Assembly (NCBI GenBank): GCA_965371515.1
Contig: CBDUYR010000002.1
Location: forward strand, 50,203 to 114,202
DNA length: 64,000 nt
Origin: an uncultured bacterium
GTDB lineage: Bacteria; Krumholzibacteriota; Krumholzibacteriia; Krumholzibacteriales; Krumholzibacteriaceae
Direction: 5' to 3'
This document shows positions 18,100-28,428 of this stretch, one piece after another. How positions within the stretch are numbered: the first letter of the stretch is position 1; every line of letters starts with the position of its first letter. A program made the position numbers and the translations under genes. The notes below the pieces were generated by a model. It saw nothing but the letters and a program-made list of their open reading frames with translations, did not search any database and had not been told where the DNA came from.

Positions 18100-18131
18100 C
18101 GGCCGTTCTCCGGAAGGGGAGCGGCCGTTTT
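18100..18131 (+). terminator. Rho-independent terminator after the lipoprotein gene
   Basis: CGGCCG-tt-CTCC-ggaagg-GGAG-CGGCCG followed by TTTT (18100..18131). Confidence 0.6.
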
Positions 18132-18157
18132 CCATATCCTGCGGAGTACTCTTTGAA

Positions 18158-19228
18158 TCACAACACAGACTTGAGCAGTTCCTCCATCCCCTCTACTTCC
18201 AACTTCATATTCAGTCTCAGCAGTCTCGTCCCCTCCGGGAAGAGCGCCGCTACCTTGCCCCAGTCCTTCTCCGTCGTGACGAAAACGCTCCCCGTCCCGA
18301 CCTCTTCAATCATTTCCACTATATCCTGTGCGGTATAGGCATGGTGATCGTCGAACCTGAACGATACAGCCGGGTCCAGTCCGTACTCTATCGCGGTCCT
18401 CTCGAACGATTCCGGCCTGGCGATACCACAGAACAGAGTTATATCCGCTCCTCCGAGTCCGGCCGCTTCCACCCTCTCGTCACTGCGTCCGGCGAGCGAG
18501 GCTGGAAAATGTCTCGCAAAGAAGACAGGCGTATCCTTCACGTACCGGGCGGCCTTCTTCGGGACTGTCCGGTCGTTCGCTCTTGTGAAGATCACAGCTC
18601 CGGCCCTCAATACTGCCGATTCAGGCTCCCTGAGCGTCCCGTACGGCAGCAGCCTTCCGTCAGCGAAAGGCCTCTCGGCATCGAGGAGAAGGACGTCGAG
18701 ATCCTTCGGCAGCGAGGTCTTGTGATATGCGTCGTCGAGAATCACATGGGTCGGACCGACGGCCTCCGAGACAGCCCTGATCCCTCTCCCTCTGTCCCTG
18801 TCCACGGCAAGCGGCAGACCGGCCCTGATGTAGAGTACGGCCTCGTCGCCCAGTTCCCGGGCAGCCTCAGATTCTTCTCCGCCCGGCCACATGACATATC
18901 CCGCGGGGAGTCCGGGTCCTCCATCCGCGGCGCAGGGCAGTGCAAGAGCGCCTCCCTCGCGAGTCGCGCGTCCGCCGTAGCCCCGGGTAACTACAGCGGG
19001 CACCATCCCTCTTTCCCTGAGCGCGGATGCGATTGCCAGGACGCACGGCGTCTTGCCGCCGCCGCCCACCTCGATATTTCCCACTGATATTATCTTCGGT
19101 CCTCCTGCAGTCGCGTGTGAAGCCTGTGCCGGAGTCGTACGGACGTACAGTCCGTAAAATACGGAAAGGGCAAACCGGAGCGGGCCGAGCAGGGACCATC
19201 CGTCCTTTCCCATAAATATCCGCATACG
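18158..19228 (-). CDS. lpxK: Tetraacyldisaccharide 4'-kinase
   Basis: P-loop ISVGNIEVGGGGKTP matches LpxK. The start was set at the internal Met (19228) to avoid a 44-nt overlap with the upstream gene. Confidence 0.85.
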   Translation of the reverse strand, partial: RMRIFMGKDGWSLLGPLRFALSVFYGLYVRTTPAQASHATAGGPKIISVGNIEVGGGGKTPCVLAIASALRERGMVPAVVTRGYGGRATREGGALALPCAADGGPGLPAGYVMWPGGEESEAARELGDEAVLYIRAGLPLAVDRDRGRGIRAVSEAVGPTHVILDDAYHKTSLPKDLDVLLLDAERPFADGRLLPYGTLREPESAVLRAGAVIFTRANDRTVPKKAARYVKDTPVFFARHFPASLAGRSDERVEAAGLGGADITLFCGIARPESFERTAIEYGLDPAVSFRFDDHHAYTAQDIVEMIEEVGTGSVFVTTEKDWGKVAALFPEGTRLLRLNMKLEVEGMEELLKSVL

Positions 19229-19241
19229 TCTCGTATAGCGT

Positions 19242-19925
19242 TCAACTATCCTCATGCGGCCATACATCCTCGCCGGTATAACCAATATCCCTGTCGAGGC
19301 GGGATGTCAGCTCGCCCAGTCTCGTCTCGAGCTCGATCCTGAAGCGCTCCCTCTCCTCCGCCCCGGTCCCTGCAGGAACGATAAGAGGTTCGCCGTACTC
19401 GACTATCACCTTCGCGAACGGAGCGGGGACCTGGAACCTGTCCCATGAACGGAAGATCTTTCTCCCGCGCGCCGTATCCGATATAGGCACGACAGCGGAC
19501 GCTGCAAGGCGGCTGAGTTCTGTCGCCCCCTGCTGCACCCTGCCGCGCGGTCCCTTCGGGCCGTCAACCGTCAATCCAACATCATAGCCTTCGGCCAGGA
19601 CTCCCCTGAGCTCCCTCAGCGCCCTGGCTCCGCCTCGCGTCGTCGATCCCTTGAGATGCCCGAATCCGAGCCATTCGATAGTCTTCCCCATCAGGTCGCC
19701 ATCGTAGTGTTCGGAAGCGAGTATGCGTATCTTTCTGTTCCTGTGGGTCCAACTGAGCACAAGGAGCCTCCCGTGCCAGAATGCAAATATCAGCCTCTCT
19801 GACATCTTCCGTGCCCTGTCGAGATTCTCGCCGCCCCTTATCTCTATTCGCCAGGTGACGCCGAGGATCCTGATCAGTACGGAGGCGAAAAAACTCGTTA
19901 CCTTCACGTTCAGTCTGATCTTCAT
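19242..19925 (-). CDS. DUF374 family protein (LPLAT-superfamily acyltransferase-like, often linked to kdtA/lpxK)
   Basis: 227 aa with the FAFWHGRLL motif. It sits between lpxB and lpxK, as is typical for DUF374. Confidence 0.6.
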   Translation of the reverse strand: MKIRLNVKVTSFFASVLIRILGVTWRIEIRGGENLDRARKMSERLIFAFWHGRLLVLSWTHRNRKIRILASEHYDGDLMGKTIEWLGFGHLKGSTTRGGARALRELRGVLAEGYDVGLTVDGPKGPRGRVQQGATELSRLAASAVVPISDTARGRKIFRSWDRFQVPAPFAKVIVEYGEPLIVPAGTGAEERERFRIELETRLGELTSRLDRDIGYTGEDVWPHEDS

Positions 19926-21058
19926 CGGTGGCCGGACCTTCCCTGGTCTCCGGCCATCGCCAGAGCTCTCTCCGCGAGATGGTCCATCCCGTTTTCCCGG
20001 CGGAGCGAATTTCTCAGCGAGAGGAGCCGTCCCGAGATCTCCCCGTATCGCTTCCCGTCTCCCAGGATCAAATCAGCCTCGGCCGCTATCCTGCCGGGAA
20101 CAACATCAGCCTGGATCAGTTCGGGAACGACAGTTTCTCCAGCGAGCACGTTGGGCATTGCTATCCACGGGATAGTCACCATCGTCCTCGCCAGTAGATA
20201 AGTCAGTGCCGAGGTCCTGTATATGACGACCATCGGTGTGCCAGACATCGCCGTCTGAAGGGTCACGGTACCGGACGACGCGATAACCAGGCCCGCCCCG
20301 GCCAGCTCTTCCGTACCTTTCCTCGTGATGGTCATGTACTCTTTCATATCTTCCGGAATCGCGAGAAGCCCGTCTTCTATCAGTGGAGCGGCTCCCAGCC
20401 GAAACCTCGCCCGCGGCCAGCCGTCGTGGAGCTTGCGAGCCGCCCCGAGCAACGGCTCGAGATGATTCGTCACTTCCTGCCTTCTGCTGCCCGGAAAGAG
20501 CAGAATATCGAACGGCTCGTCCATACCGGGCGCCTGCTTCGTGCCGGACGGGGCATCTATCTCCTCGAGCATAGGGTGGCCGGCGAAGAAGACCGGGATC
20601 CCTCTCTTCCTGTAGTAATCGACCTCGAACGGAAGGATGACGGCCATCAGGTCTACGACCTTTTTCATCTTTCTCGTCCTCCATCCCGCCCACGCCCAGA
20701 CCTGCGGGCTTATAAAATAAAGAACGGGCACACCCCTGCCCTTCGCCTTCGCGGCGATCCTCAGGTTCATTCCGGGATAGTCGACTGGTATGTATAGATC
20801 GATCTCACCGCCTGAGAGCAGATCGCTCAGCTTCCGTTCGAGCCGCCTTATCTTCGGCAGGCCGGAGACGATCTCCGAGAATCCCATGAAGGCGTAATCC
20901 TCGATCGAGAATCTCACGTCGGCGCCCGCCGTGGCCATCGCCTCTCCTCCCATGGCGATGAATCTCGTGTCGGGTGCCCTGGTCCTTATCGCGGAAATCA
21001 GCGCTGCGGCGTGGTGATCGCCGCTCGTCTCACCGCTGGTTATCAGTATCGTCTTCAT
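19922..21058 (-). CDS. lpxB: Lipid-A-disaccharide synthase
   Basis: N-terminus ILITSGETSGDHHAAALI is characteristic of LpxB. 378 aa. Confidence 0.9.
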   Translation of the reverse strand: MKTILITSGETSGDHHAAALISAIRTRAPDTRFIAMGGEAMATAGADVRFSIEDYAFMGFSEIVSGLPKIRRLERKLSDLLSGGEIDLYIPVDYPGMNLRIAAKAKGRGVPVLYFISPQVWAWAGWRTRKMKKVVDLMAVILPFEVDYYRKRGIPVFFAGHPMLEEIDAPSGTKQAPGMDEPFDILLFPGSRRQEVTNHLEPLLGAARKLHDGWPRARFRLGAAPLIEDGLLAIPEDMKEYMTITRKGTEELAGAGLVIASSGTVTLQTAMSGTPMVVIYRTSALTYLLARTMVTIPWIAMPNVLAGETVVPELIQADVVPGRIAAEADLILGDGKRYGEISGRLLSLRNSLRRENGMDHLAERALAMAGDQGRSGHR

Positions 21059-22032
21059 CCGCCGGGGCGGTCCTTCCTGAGCCGCACGAGGATCATATCG
21101 GCGATTTCGAGAGCATTCAGCGCCTGTTTTCCGGTCACTACCGGTTCGTGCATCCCCTGCGCCGCCTCGATGAACGAATAGATCTCCTTCATGAGAGGCT
21201 CACCATCGTCGACCGCGGTATCGATCTGACTGATAAAGGCCATCGGATCGGAGGCGAGGTCCTCCACAGGCACATCCGCCGCCTTACCGAACGCTTCGAC
21301 AGACCGTGCCCTCAGATCAGCCGACACGTAGAGGTTCTCCTCGAAGAGTCGCATCTTTCTCAACGGCTCGCGCGATACCCTGCTGGCTGTCAGGTTGGCG
21401 ACGCACCCTCCCCCGAATTCGAGCCGCGCGTTGACTATGTCGGGAGAGCCGGTAAGCACGCTGGCCCCCGACGCGCGGAGCTCGACAATACGGTCTCCCT
21501 CGAGCAGCGACAGGACAAGATCGATATCGTGGATCATAAGGTCGACGACTACCGATACATCCGTCCCTCTCGGTGTGAATGTACCGAGCCTGTGGCACTC
21601 TATGAACATCGGATTCCGAACGAGGCCTGCTGCGGCCTCGAAAGCTCCATTGAACCTCTCTATATGGCCGACCTGCAGCACGAGCCCCGCCTTCGCCGCC
21701 GCATCCACCATCTCCCTGCCCTCCGCCGGGCTGGCGGCAAGCGGCTTCTCGACCAGGACGTGGACTCCTTCGGCGAAGGCTTCAAGCGCGAGCGGATGAT
21801 GAACGGTGGCCGGCGTGCAGATGCTCACCACGTCGCATTTCCCAAGCAGCTCTGAGGGACTGCCGCATACCTGCGCCCCCCACTTCTTCGCAATCTCTTT
21901 CGCCTTTGAACCGTCTGAATCCTGAAGAAATACCTCGTCGATATCCTTTGACGATGTATAGATCCTCGCATGGTGATTACCGAGACTTCCGGTACCGATC
22001 ACTCCGGCCTTTAATCTCCGGGACTCGCCCAT
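21055..22032 (-). CDS. Gfo/Idh/MocA family NAD(P)-dependent oxidoreductase embedded in the lpx cluster (candidate GnnA-type UDP-GlcNAc 3-dehydrogenase)
   Basis: Rossmann N-terminus KAGVIGTGSLGNHHARIY. Typical Gfo/Idh/MocA core (EKPLAAS...VGHIERFN). It sits between lpxA and lpxB, which is where gnnA is found in GlcN3N-lipid A producers. Confidence 0.7.
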   Translation of the reverse strand: MGESRRLKAGVIGTGSLGNHHARIYTSSKDIDEVFLQDSDGSKAKEIAKKWGAQVCGSPSELLGKCDVVSICTPATVHHPLALEAFAEGVHVLVEKPLAASPAEGREMVDAAAKAGLVLQVGHIERFNGAFEAAAGLVRNPMFIECHRLGTFTPRGTDVSVVVDLMIHDIDLVLSLLEGDRIVELRASGASVLTGSPDIVNARLEFGGGCVANLTASRVSREPLRKMRLFEENLYVSADLRARSVEAFGKAADVPVEDLASDPMAFISQIDTAVDDGEPLMKEIYSFIEAAQGMHEPVVTGKQALNALEIADMILVRLRKDRPGG

Positions 22033-22063
22033 CGTGCACCCCGCTTTTCGATGTATGTGGTGA

Positions 22064-22840
22064 TCAGAGAGTTATTCCGCGCTGCGACCCGCGTATGAAA
22101 TCGAGTAACATGTCGATCTCGGGACTCGCCTCCATCTCGATCTCCATCCGCTCGATCGCCTGGGATACATTCAGCCCGCTCCGGCAGATCAGCCTGTACG
22201 CGGCCTTGATCTGATCGAGCTGGGAATCCTCGAATCCCCTCCGCTTCAGGCCAACCATGTTCAGGCCCGTGACCTTCGGAGGAGTTCCGGCGACCTTGAC
22301 GAACGGCAGCACGTCCTTTGCAATACGGCTCCCGCCCCCTGTGAAGGAGTGGGCGCCGATCCTTACGAACTGGTGAACTGGTACGAGACCCCCTAATATG
22401 GCGTATTCGTGCACCGACACGTGCCCGGCGAGATTGACAGCGTTGGCAAGTACGACGTTGTCACCGATGACACAGTCGTGAGCGACATGGGAATAGGCCA
22501 TCAGCAGGCACCCGCTTCCGACTACGGTCGAGTCTCCCTCTTCGGTGGCTGCGTTGACCGTAACGTATTCCCTGATCATATTGTTGTCGCCGATCCTGGT
22601 GAAAGTCCTGGCTCCGTGGTACTTCAGGTCCTGCGGCGGGGTACCCAGCGCGGCCCCGTGAAAGATCGTGTTCCCTGCGCCGAGAGTCGTATGTCCGTCG
22701 ATCAGGACGTTGCTCCCGACGACCGTCCCGTCCCCTATCTTCACGTTCGGGCCGATGATCGAGTACGGTCCCACATTGACATTCTCACAGAGCTCCGCCC
22801 CCTCATGCACTATTGCCGCTCCGTGTACTTCGATTGACAT
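22064..22840 (-). CDS. lpxA: Acyl-ACP--UDP-N-acetylglucosamine O-acyltransferase
   Basis: Left-handed beta-helix hexapeptide repeats and an LpxA C-terminal helical domain. 258 aa. Confidence 0.9.
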   Translation of the reverse strand: MSIEVHGAAIVHEGAELCENVNVGPYSIIGPNVKIGDGTVVGSNVLIDGHTTLGAGNTIFHGAALGTPPQDLKYHGARTFTRIGDNNMIREYVTVNAATEEGDSTVVGSGCLLMAYSHVAHDCVIGDNVVLANAVNLAGHVSVHEYAILGGLVPVHQFVRIGAHSFTGGGSRIAKDVLPFVKVAGTPPKVTGLNMVGLKRRGFEDSQLDQIKAAYRLICRSGLNVSQAIERMEIEMEASPEIDMLLDFIRGSQRGITL

Positions 22841-22850
22841 CGCTTCCCCG

Positions 22851-24185
22851 CTATCTCTTCACTATTGTGGACGAAAGATCAGCCTCTGCCACAACGTTGC
22901 CGTTGACATATGCCTTGCCCCTCATCTTGCAGAAATTCCTCTTCAGCGACAGCATTTCGAGCTCGAACCTCAGCTGATCCCCTGGAAGGACCGGCTTTCG
23001 GAACTTCGCCCTGTCGATCTTCGCGAAGTAGACCAGATAATTCTCCGGATTTTTAACGCTGGAGAGAAGGAGTATTCCCCCGACCTGCGCCATCGCCTCG
23101 ATGATGAGGACCGCAGGCATGATCGGGTGTCCGGGGAAGTGCCCGACAAAGAAGGGCTCATTTATCGTCACGTTCTTGATCCCGACCACACGCTTGTTGT
23201 CCTCGAGCTCGATTATCCTGTCAACGAGGAGGAAGGGATACCTGTGGGGCATTATGTCCATGATCGTGTTTATATCCCAATGCCCGGCGCCGGGTCCCAA
23301 GGCGGATCGCTGCTTGTCCTTCATGTCCTGCGCAAGTAGCTTCGCAAAGGGCAGGTTATAATTGTGTCCCGACCTGATCGCGATGATATGCCCCTCTATC
23401 GGAGCACCTGCAAGTGTGAGATCACCTATGATGTCGAGTATCTTGTGCCTTACGAACTCGTCAGGGAAACGGAGCGGGCCCTCGTTCATGATCCCGTTCT
23501 CGTCGACAACGACGGCGTTGTCCAGGCTGCCTCCCTTTATGAGCCCCTCCTTGCGGAGCATCTCGACATCCGACATCAGGGCGAAGGTCCTGGAAGGGGC
23601 GATTTCCGAAGCGAATGTATCGGAATCTATATCGAGGGAAAAGTACTGCGTGCCGATGAACTCGCTTTCGTACTCGATCGTATAGCTCACCCTGAATCCA
23701 TCGTATGGCAGGGCCATAAGCTCCACATCGTCCTTGTAATACGAAACCGGCGTGGTGATCTTGAGGTATTTTACCGGAACGCCCTGGTTCTCTGTTCCGG
23801 CGGCCTTTATCGATTCGACAAGTTCAATTACGCTGCCGTCGGCGGGCTCAGGCGGCTCATCTGCATCGATGTCGATCACGAGGTTGTCGACCTGCATGCC
23901 CGATGCGGCGGCGAGGATATGCTCTACCGTGTGGATCTGGGTGCCGTCCCTCGCCAGCGTAGTATTCCTCTTCACCTCGCCCGGAGCGATATACTCCGCC
24001 CTCGCGGGAATTTCGACGACAGGATCGAGATCGATCCGCCTGAATACGATCCCTGTCCCGACGGGAGCCGGTTTGAACACGGTATGGACCTTCGCCCCCG
24101 TGTGTATGCCGATACCCTGGAATGTAAACTGTTTCTTAATCGTCCTCTGCTGCCGGACCACTTCCCTTTCCTTTCTCCAGAGCAT
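22851..24185 (-). CDS. lpxC/fabZ: Bifunctional UDP-3-O-acyl-GlcNAc deacetylase / 3-hydroxyacyl-ACP dehydratase (LpxC-FabZ fusion)
   Basis: The N-terminal half is LpxC ([18 protein letters not shown] ... HTVEHILAA). The C-terminal ~150 aa is the FabZ hotdog fold ([13 protein letters not shown] ... [13 protein letters not shown]). The start is uncertain, because the annotated ORF overlaps the lpxD 3' end. Confidence 0.85.
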   Translation of the reverse strand: MLWRKEREVVRQQRTIKKQFTFQGIGIHTGAKVHTVFKPAPVGTGIVFRRIDLDPVVEIPARAEYIAPGEVKRNTTLARDGTQIHTVEHILAAASGMQVDNLVIDIDADEPPEPADGSVIELVESIKAAGTENQGVPVKYLKITTPVSYYKDDVELMALPYDGFRVSYTIEYESEFIGTQYFSLDIDSDTFASEIAPSRTFALMSDVEMLRKEGLIKGGSLDNAVVVDENGIMNEGPLRFPDEFVRHKILDIIGDLTLAGAPIEGHIIAIRSGHNYNLPFAKLLAQDMKDKQRSALGPGAGHWDINTIMDIMPHRYPFLLVDRIIELEDNKRVVGIKNVTINEPFFVGHFPGHPIMPAVLIIEAMAQVGGILLLSSVKNPENYLVYFAKIDRAKFRKPVLPGDQLRFELEMLSLKRNFCKMRGKAYVNGNVVAEADLSSTIVKR

Positions 24186-25197
24186 CCACCCTGTTCTGCA
24201 GGTTGCGGAATTCTTTGAGGAGATCGGGCAGACGTGCGGTAGCAGCGCAGATCTTGCGGGCAAACGAATGTTCGCGGGCGGGATATCCCGAAACGCTGGT
24301 CCCGGACGGAATGCTCTTGGTGACGCCTCCCTGGGCGCCCACGCTCACTCCGTCGCCGATCTTTATATGACCGACAAGCCCTGCCTGTCCCGCCAGGACC
24401 ACGTTCTTTCCCAGCTCGGTGCTGCCGGAGATCCCTGCCTGGGCTGCAATCACCGAGTTTTCGCCGATTACGACGTTATGAGCTATCTGCACGAGGTTAT
24501 CCAGCTTCGAACCGCGCCCGACAAGTGTTACTCCCATTGTGGCCCTGTCTATCGTAGTATTGGCGCCGATCTCCACATCTTCCTCGATTCTTACGATCCC
24601 GATCTGCGGTATCTTGTGATGTTCCGTCCCGTCGCTTGCGTATCCGAATCCGTCGCTGCCTATCACCGCTCCCGAATGGATTATCACCCTGTTCCCGATC
24701 TCACACTTCTCCCTGATCGTCACGTGGGGATAGATAAGGCAGTCGTTCCCGATCTTTACTCCTTCGTTGATGCACGCGAGCGGGAGGATCGTAGTCCGGT
24801 CGCCGATGCGGACGTTATCCTCGAGGACAACATACGCCCCGATCGATATCTCCTTGCCGAGCTTCACGCTGTCAGGGATTATCGCGGTAGGGTCCACCTC
24901 GCGGCTGTACTTCTCGAGCGGGGTCTCGGAGAAGAGCCTCACGACCTTGAGAAAGGCCAGATAAGGATTTTCAATACTGATGATGGCCCCGTCGAAACTG
25001 CCGTTTCCGCCCGCGGCGATCACGGCCGACGCGTTTGTCGACGCGAGATACGTCTCGTATTTCGGATTCGCGAGAAATGTGATCTCGCCGGGGACGGCCT
25101 CCCTGATGCCGGCGACTCCCCGGATCTCTACAGATCCGTCGCCGACAACCTTGCCTCCGACTATCCCGGCGATCTTTTCTATACTGTAATAAGGCAT
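24136..25197 (-). CDS. lpxD: UDP-3-O-(3-hydroxyacyl)glucosamine N-acyltransferase
   Basis: LpxD N-terminal domain followed by long hexapeptide-repeat beta-helix. 353 aa. Confidence 0.9.
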   Translation of the reverse strand: MPYYSIEKIAGIVGGKVVGDGSVEIRGVAGIREAVPGEITFLANPKYETYLASTNASAVIAAGGNGSFDGAIISIENPYLAFLKVVRLFSETPLEKYSREVDPTAIIPDSVKLGKEISIGAYVVLEDNVRIGDRTTILPLACINEGVKIGNDCLIYPHVTIREKCEIGNRVIIHSGAVIGSDGFGYASDGTEHHKIPQIGIVRIEEDVEIGANTTIDRATMGVTLVGRGSKLDNLVQIAHNVVIGENSVIAAQAGISGSTELGKNVVLAGQAGLVGHIKIGDGVSVGAQGGVTKSIPSGTSVSGYPAREHSFARKICAATARLPDLLKEFRNLQNRVDALEKGKGSGPAAEDD

Positions 25198-25311
25198 CTG
25201 CTGTACCGTTCCATTATTGACATTATTCCCTGATTATCAGCAAACATTATACGCCGGTACCGGGAAAAGCAACCAATATTATACCGTCAGGGCGATACGA
25301 CACGACGCAAC

Positions 25312-25848
25312 TTATTGTGTAATCTCCATTTGCGCCTCAAGACGTGCGATGATCATGTCGGTGATGTCTATCTCCTTGTCCGCATAGACGATCACACCCT
25401 GCGAAGAGTCGAGAACGAGCGTAAATCCCTCTTCTTCGGCTACTATTTCGATGATGCCGTTGATCTTCTCGACGATAGGCTCGGTAAGTTCCTTGTTCCG
25501 CCTGGCAGCCTCGCCGTTCTCCCCGAAGATGTCCTGCATGAACTTCTGGTATTCCTTCATCCTCTGGTCGAAGATGAGCTTCTTTTCCTCGAGCTTCTCC
25601 GCGCTGAGCATGAGGCTCTGGCTCTGGATCTCTTCCCTCATCCGGGCCAGATCGGCCTCCATCTCCTCGGCCTGCTTTTTCCAGATCTCAACCTCTTTCT
25701 TGTAGACCTCCTCGGCCTCGATCGTCTCCTTGAAATTGGCGAATATCTTGACCGTGTCGATATAACCGATCTTTACTTCCGCCACCGCAGGAACGGCCGC
25801 CGCCGTCAGTATGCAGAGCGCCAGGACGATCAGCGTGAGCTTTCTCAT
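25312..25848 (-). CDS. skp: Periplasmic chaperone Skp (OmpH family)
   Basis: Signal peptide followed by a long coiled-coil-rich sequence (IGYIDTVKIF...). It lies between bamA and lpxD, the usual Skp position. Confidence 0.8.
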   Translation of the reverse strand: MRKLTLIVLALCILTAAAVPAVAEVKIGYIDTVKIFANFKETIEAEEVYKKEVEIWKKQAEEMEADLARMREEIQSQSLMLSAEKLEEKKLIFDQRMKEYQKFMQDIFGENGEAARRNKELTEPIVEKINGIIEIVAEEEGFTLVLDSSQGVIVYADKEIDITDMIIARLEAQMEITQ

Positions 25849-25919
25849 ACAGTACCTCCTTCTATCCTGTTTCGGATTTCCTGAAAAATAATGGACTTCT
25901 CTCGTGACGTAAACCTTTA

Positions 25920-28166
25920 TTAGAAGAACGTACCAAATGTAAAATGAGGCTCCCAGGCCGGGCCGCCGAACTTGTCGAACCCGTATCCGTAGTCGAACCC
26001 GAGGTTACCCATGCCGGGCATCTCGATCCTGATACCCGCGCCCAGCCCCCGTCTCATGTTGTAGATGTTCGCCTCTGTCATCGAGTTCCACGTGTTTCCG
26101 ACATCGTAGAACACGAGTCCCCAGACCATCTGCGAGAAGGGGAAAACGAGCTCCTGAGTGATCTTGGTCATGAACGTTCCGCCGACGAACGGATTGTTCC
26201 CATAAGGCACGATCTCGAAGAAATCGTATCCCCTCATGGCGAACCGCCTGTTTCCGCCGAGCCGGTACTTCTCGTAATCCTCCACCTTCTGGCCGCCGTA
26301 GCCGTGGATGCCCGCCGCGTCCAGGCCGAGATGAAAGGTAACCTTCCAGAAGAGGCGCTTGAACCAGGAGATCGCCGCGCTGTTCCTTATGAACTGAACG
26401 TTGCCTCCGAAGACCCCGCCGGCCAGTTCGGTGTTCCAGGTGATGACCGAGCCCCTTGTCGGGTGGAAGGGATTGTCGGTCGAGTTTCTCACAATGCTCA
26501 GTGTAACAGTGCTTTTATTCAGCGGCCATCCTACCTGCCGCAGCGACCCGCTCTCCGGGTAAGCCTCGTCGAAATTGGAGAGGTTAACCTTCTCGAACCT
26601 GTACCCGAGGAAGAACCTCGTGTAGTCGAGCATCGGGAGCTGGCGCCCGCCGCGTATCGAGAATCCGGTCCTCGTATCCTTGTAGTACTGCTGGCTGACC
26701 CTGTCCTGCACCCAGTCGAACAAGTTGAGCGTCATGGACCATTTCGTGTCGAAGAAATAAGGCTCGGTGTACCGGAGGTTGAGATTCTTGCGGTACCTGC
26801 CGAACTCCCAGTCGAATCCGATCGTTTTCCCACGGCCGAGGAAGTTGTTCTCCTGCATGCCGAGAAAACCGGTCAGCCTGTTGAGCTGCGAGAACCCGAA
26901 CCCGGCCCTGAAGCTCCCCGTCTGCTTCTCTTCGACGTCGATCAGGAGGTTGATGTCGCCCTCGTCCCCGACCGGCTCGGTGTCTATCTTCGGCGGACCG
27001 TTAAAATACCCCAGCTGGAATACATCGCGAATGCTGCGCTGAACGTTCTGCAGGATGAACCTGTCGCCCGGATAGACATCGAGCTCGCGGCGTATGACGT
27101 TCTCGAAAGTCTTCGTGTTGCCCGTGATCCTGATCTCGCGTATCGAGGCGGGCTGGTTCTCGATGATCTCGAGGTCGACGTCGATCATCCTCCGCCGTTT
27201 CGTCTGGTTGGGGATGACGCGGCTCCAGATGTAGCCGTTCTCCCAGTAGACCGAGTTGATGCCCATGTTGGTCATTTCCATGGCATGCATGGAGAAAGGC
27301 TCGCCCTCGACAAGCATGATCAGGTTCTCTATCTCATGGTCCAGGACCTCTTCGTTCCCGCCCCAGCTGATCTCGCCGACGTAGTATCGGTTCCCCTCGT
27401 GGATCCTTATGTAGATGTCAACCCGACGGCCATCCTGGACTATCTCGATATGATCGACCGACACCGTCACGTCGAGATACCCTTCGTCGCGGTATATGGT
27501 GAGGATGTTCTCGATGTCCTCATCTAGAACCTTTGGTTTGTAGTCCCCTCCCCTGAACCACGAGTCGGCCTTGCTCTCCATCATGCCGAGGAGGTCCTTC
27601 GAACTGAACGCTCCGTTGCCGAGGATGTCGATGTGGCGGATCTTGACCTTCTCGCCCTCGTCGATCCTGTAAGTCACGTAGATCTTGTGTTCTTCCCTCG
27701 AAGGGACCCTGTCGACTTCTATCCTCGCCCCGTTGTAACCTTTTTCGGCATAGAGATCCCTGATGGCGGTGATGTCCCTCGTTATCATCGCCGGACGGGC
27801 AAAATACCCCTCGCGGGTGGAGATCTTGGCCCTTATGTCGTTTTCCTTTATCTTGCGGTTCCCCTCCACTACAACCGCCTTGACCCGCGGGTACTCCTCG
27901 ACGACGATTGTCAGGACGGCCTTCCCGCCCTCCTCGTAGTAGTACGCCTGAACGTCGGCGAAATCCTTCGTCCTCACCAGCCGCTTGATCCCCTGGGAGA
28001 CTTTCTCTGCTACGAATATGTCTCCGGCCTTAACGCCGAGGATCGATTGGACCTTCGTATCGGTCACGAATACATTGCCCTCGACATCAACCCTGTCGAC
28101 CTCGATCGAGAGGGCCTGGGAGGAGGCCGTAAGTATGATAAACAATGCAGTAAAAAGAGTTTTCAT
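25920..28166 (-). CDS. bamA: Outer membrane protein assembly factor BamA
   Basis: 748 aa with a signal peptide, POTRA-like repeats and a C-terminal beta-barrel ending FTFGTFF. Confidence 0.9.
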   Translation of the reverse strand: MKTLFTALFIILTASSQALSIEVDRVDVEGNVFVTDTKVQSILGVKAGDIFVAEKVSQGIKRLVRTKDFADVQAYYYEEGGKAVLTIVVEEYPRVKAVVVEGNRKIKENDIRAKISTREGYFARPAMITRDITAIRDLYAEKGYNGARIEVDRVPSREEHKIYVTYRIDEGEKVKIRHIDILGNGAFSSKDLLGMMESKADSWFRGGDYKPKVLDEDIENILTIYRDEGYLDVTVSVDHIEIVQDGRRVDIYIRIHEGNRYYVGEISWGGNEEVLDHEIENLIMLVEGEPFSMHAMEMTNMGINSVYWENGYIWSRVIPNQTKRRRMIDVDLEIIENQPASIREIRITGNTKTFENVIRRELDVYPGDRFILQNVQRSIRDVFQLGYFNGPPKIDTEPVGDEGDINLLIDVEEKQTGSFRAGFGFSQLNRLTGFLGMQENNFLGRGKTIGFDWEFGRYRKNLNLRYTEPYFFDTKWSMTLNLFDWVQDRVSQQYYKDTRTGFSIRGGRQLPMLDYTRFFLGYRFEKVNLSNFDEAYPESGSLRQVGWPLNKSTVTLSIVRNSTDNPFHPTRGSVITWNTELAGGVFGGNVQFIRNSAAISWFKRLFWKVTFHLGLDAAGIHGYGGQKVEDYEKYRLGGNRRFAMRGYDFFEIVPYGNNPFVGGTFMTKITQELVFPFSQMVWGLVFYDVGNTWNSMTEANIYNMRRGLGAGIRIEMPGMGNLGFDYGYGFDKFGGPAWEPHFTFGTFF

Positions 28167-28346
28167 CGTTCCTTATCCACTGATCCCCGTCTGAATCCGG
28201 TGAATGCTAGCACAGCCCTTCACGGCCTGCAAAGATAAAAGACGAGCCGGTCAGAAAGCGGGCCGCACTCCCGCCGTGCTCAGGGGCCAGTCAAAGATAT
28301 GACACCCGGGCCACAGGGGAAAGCCCGTTTCTCCGGCTTTTCGAAA

Positions 28347-28371
28347 GGCCCCGGGATCCATTCCCGGGGCC
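28347..28371 (-). terminator. Stem-loop downstream of clpC, possible terminator
   Basis: GGCCCCGGGA-tccatt-CCCGGGGCC, a perfect 9-10 bp GC stem. The flanking T-run is weak on both strands. Confidence 0.4.
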
Positions 28372-28428
28372 TATAGTTTTCTACATTTCATGGAGAATAC
28401 GGTTCCAGTTATTCTCGCTCGGAGCGGC

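Noticed and set aside
25944-27527. 527-aa plus-strand ORF antisense to bamA. Similar long antisense ORFs occur at 23752..25233 opposite lpxD, 29521..31272 opposite clpC/mcsB, 56884..58332 opposite the TPR gene, 16184..17218 opposite nadB, and 37739..38764 opposite polA.
   Set aside because: All lie entirely inside strongly supported genes on the other strand. They are Arg/Pro/Gly-rich with no recognisable motifs, which is the usual stop-codon-poor antisense shadow in roughly 60% GC DNA.
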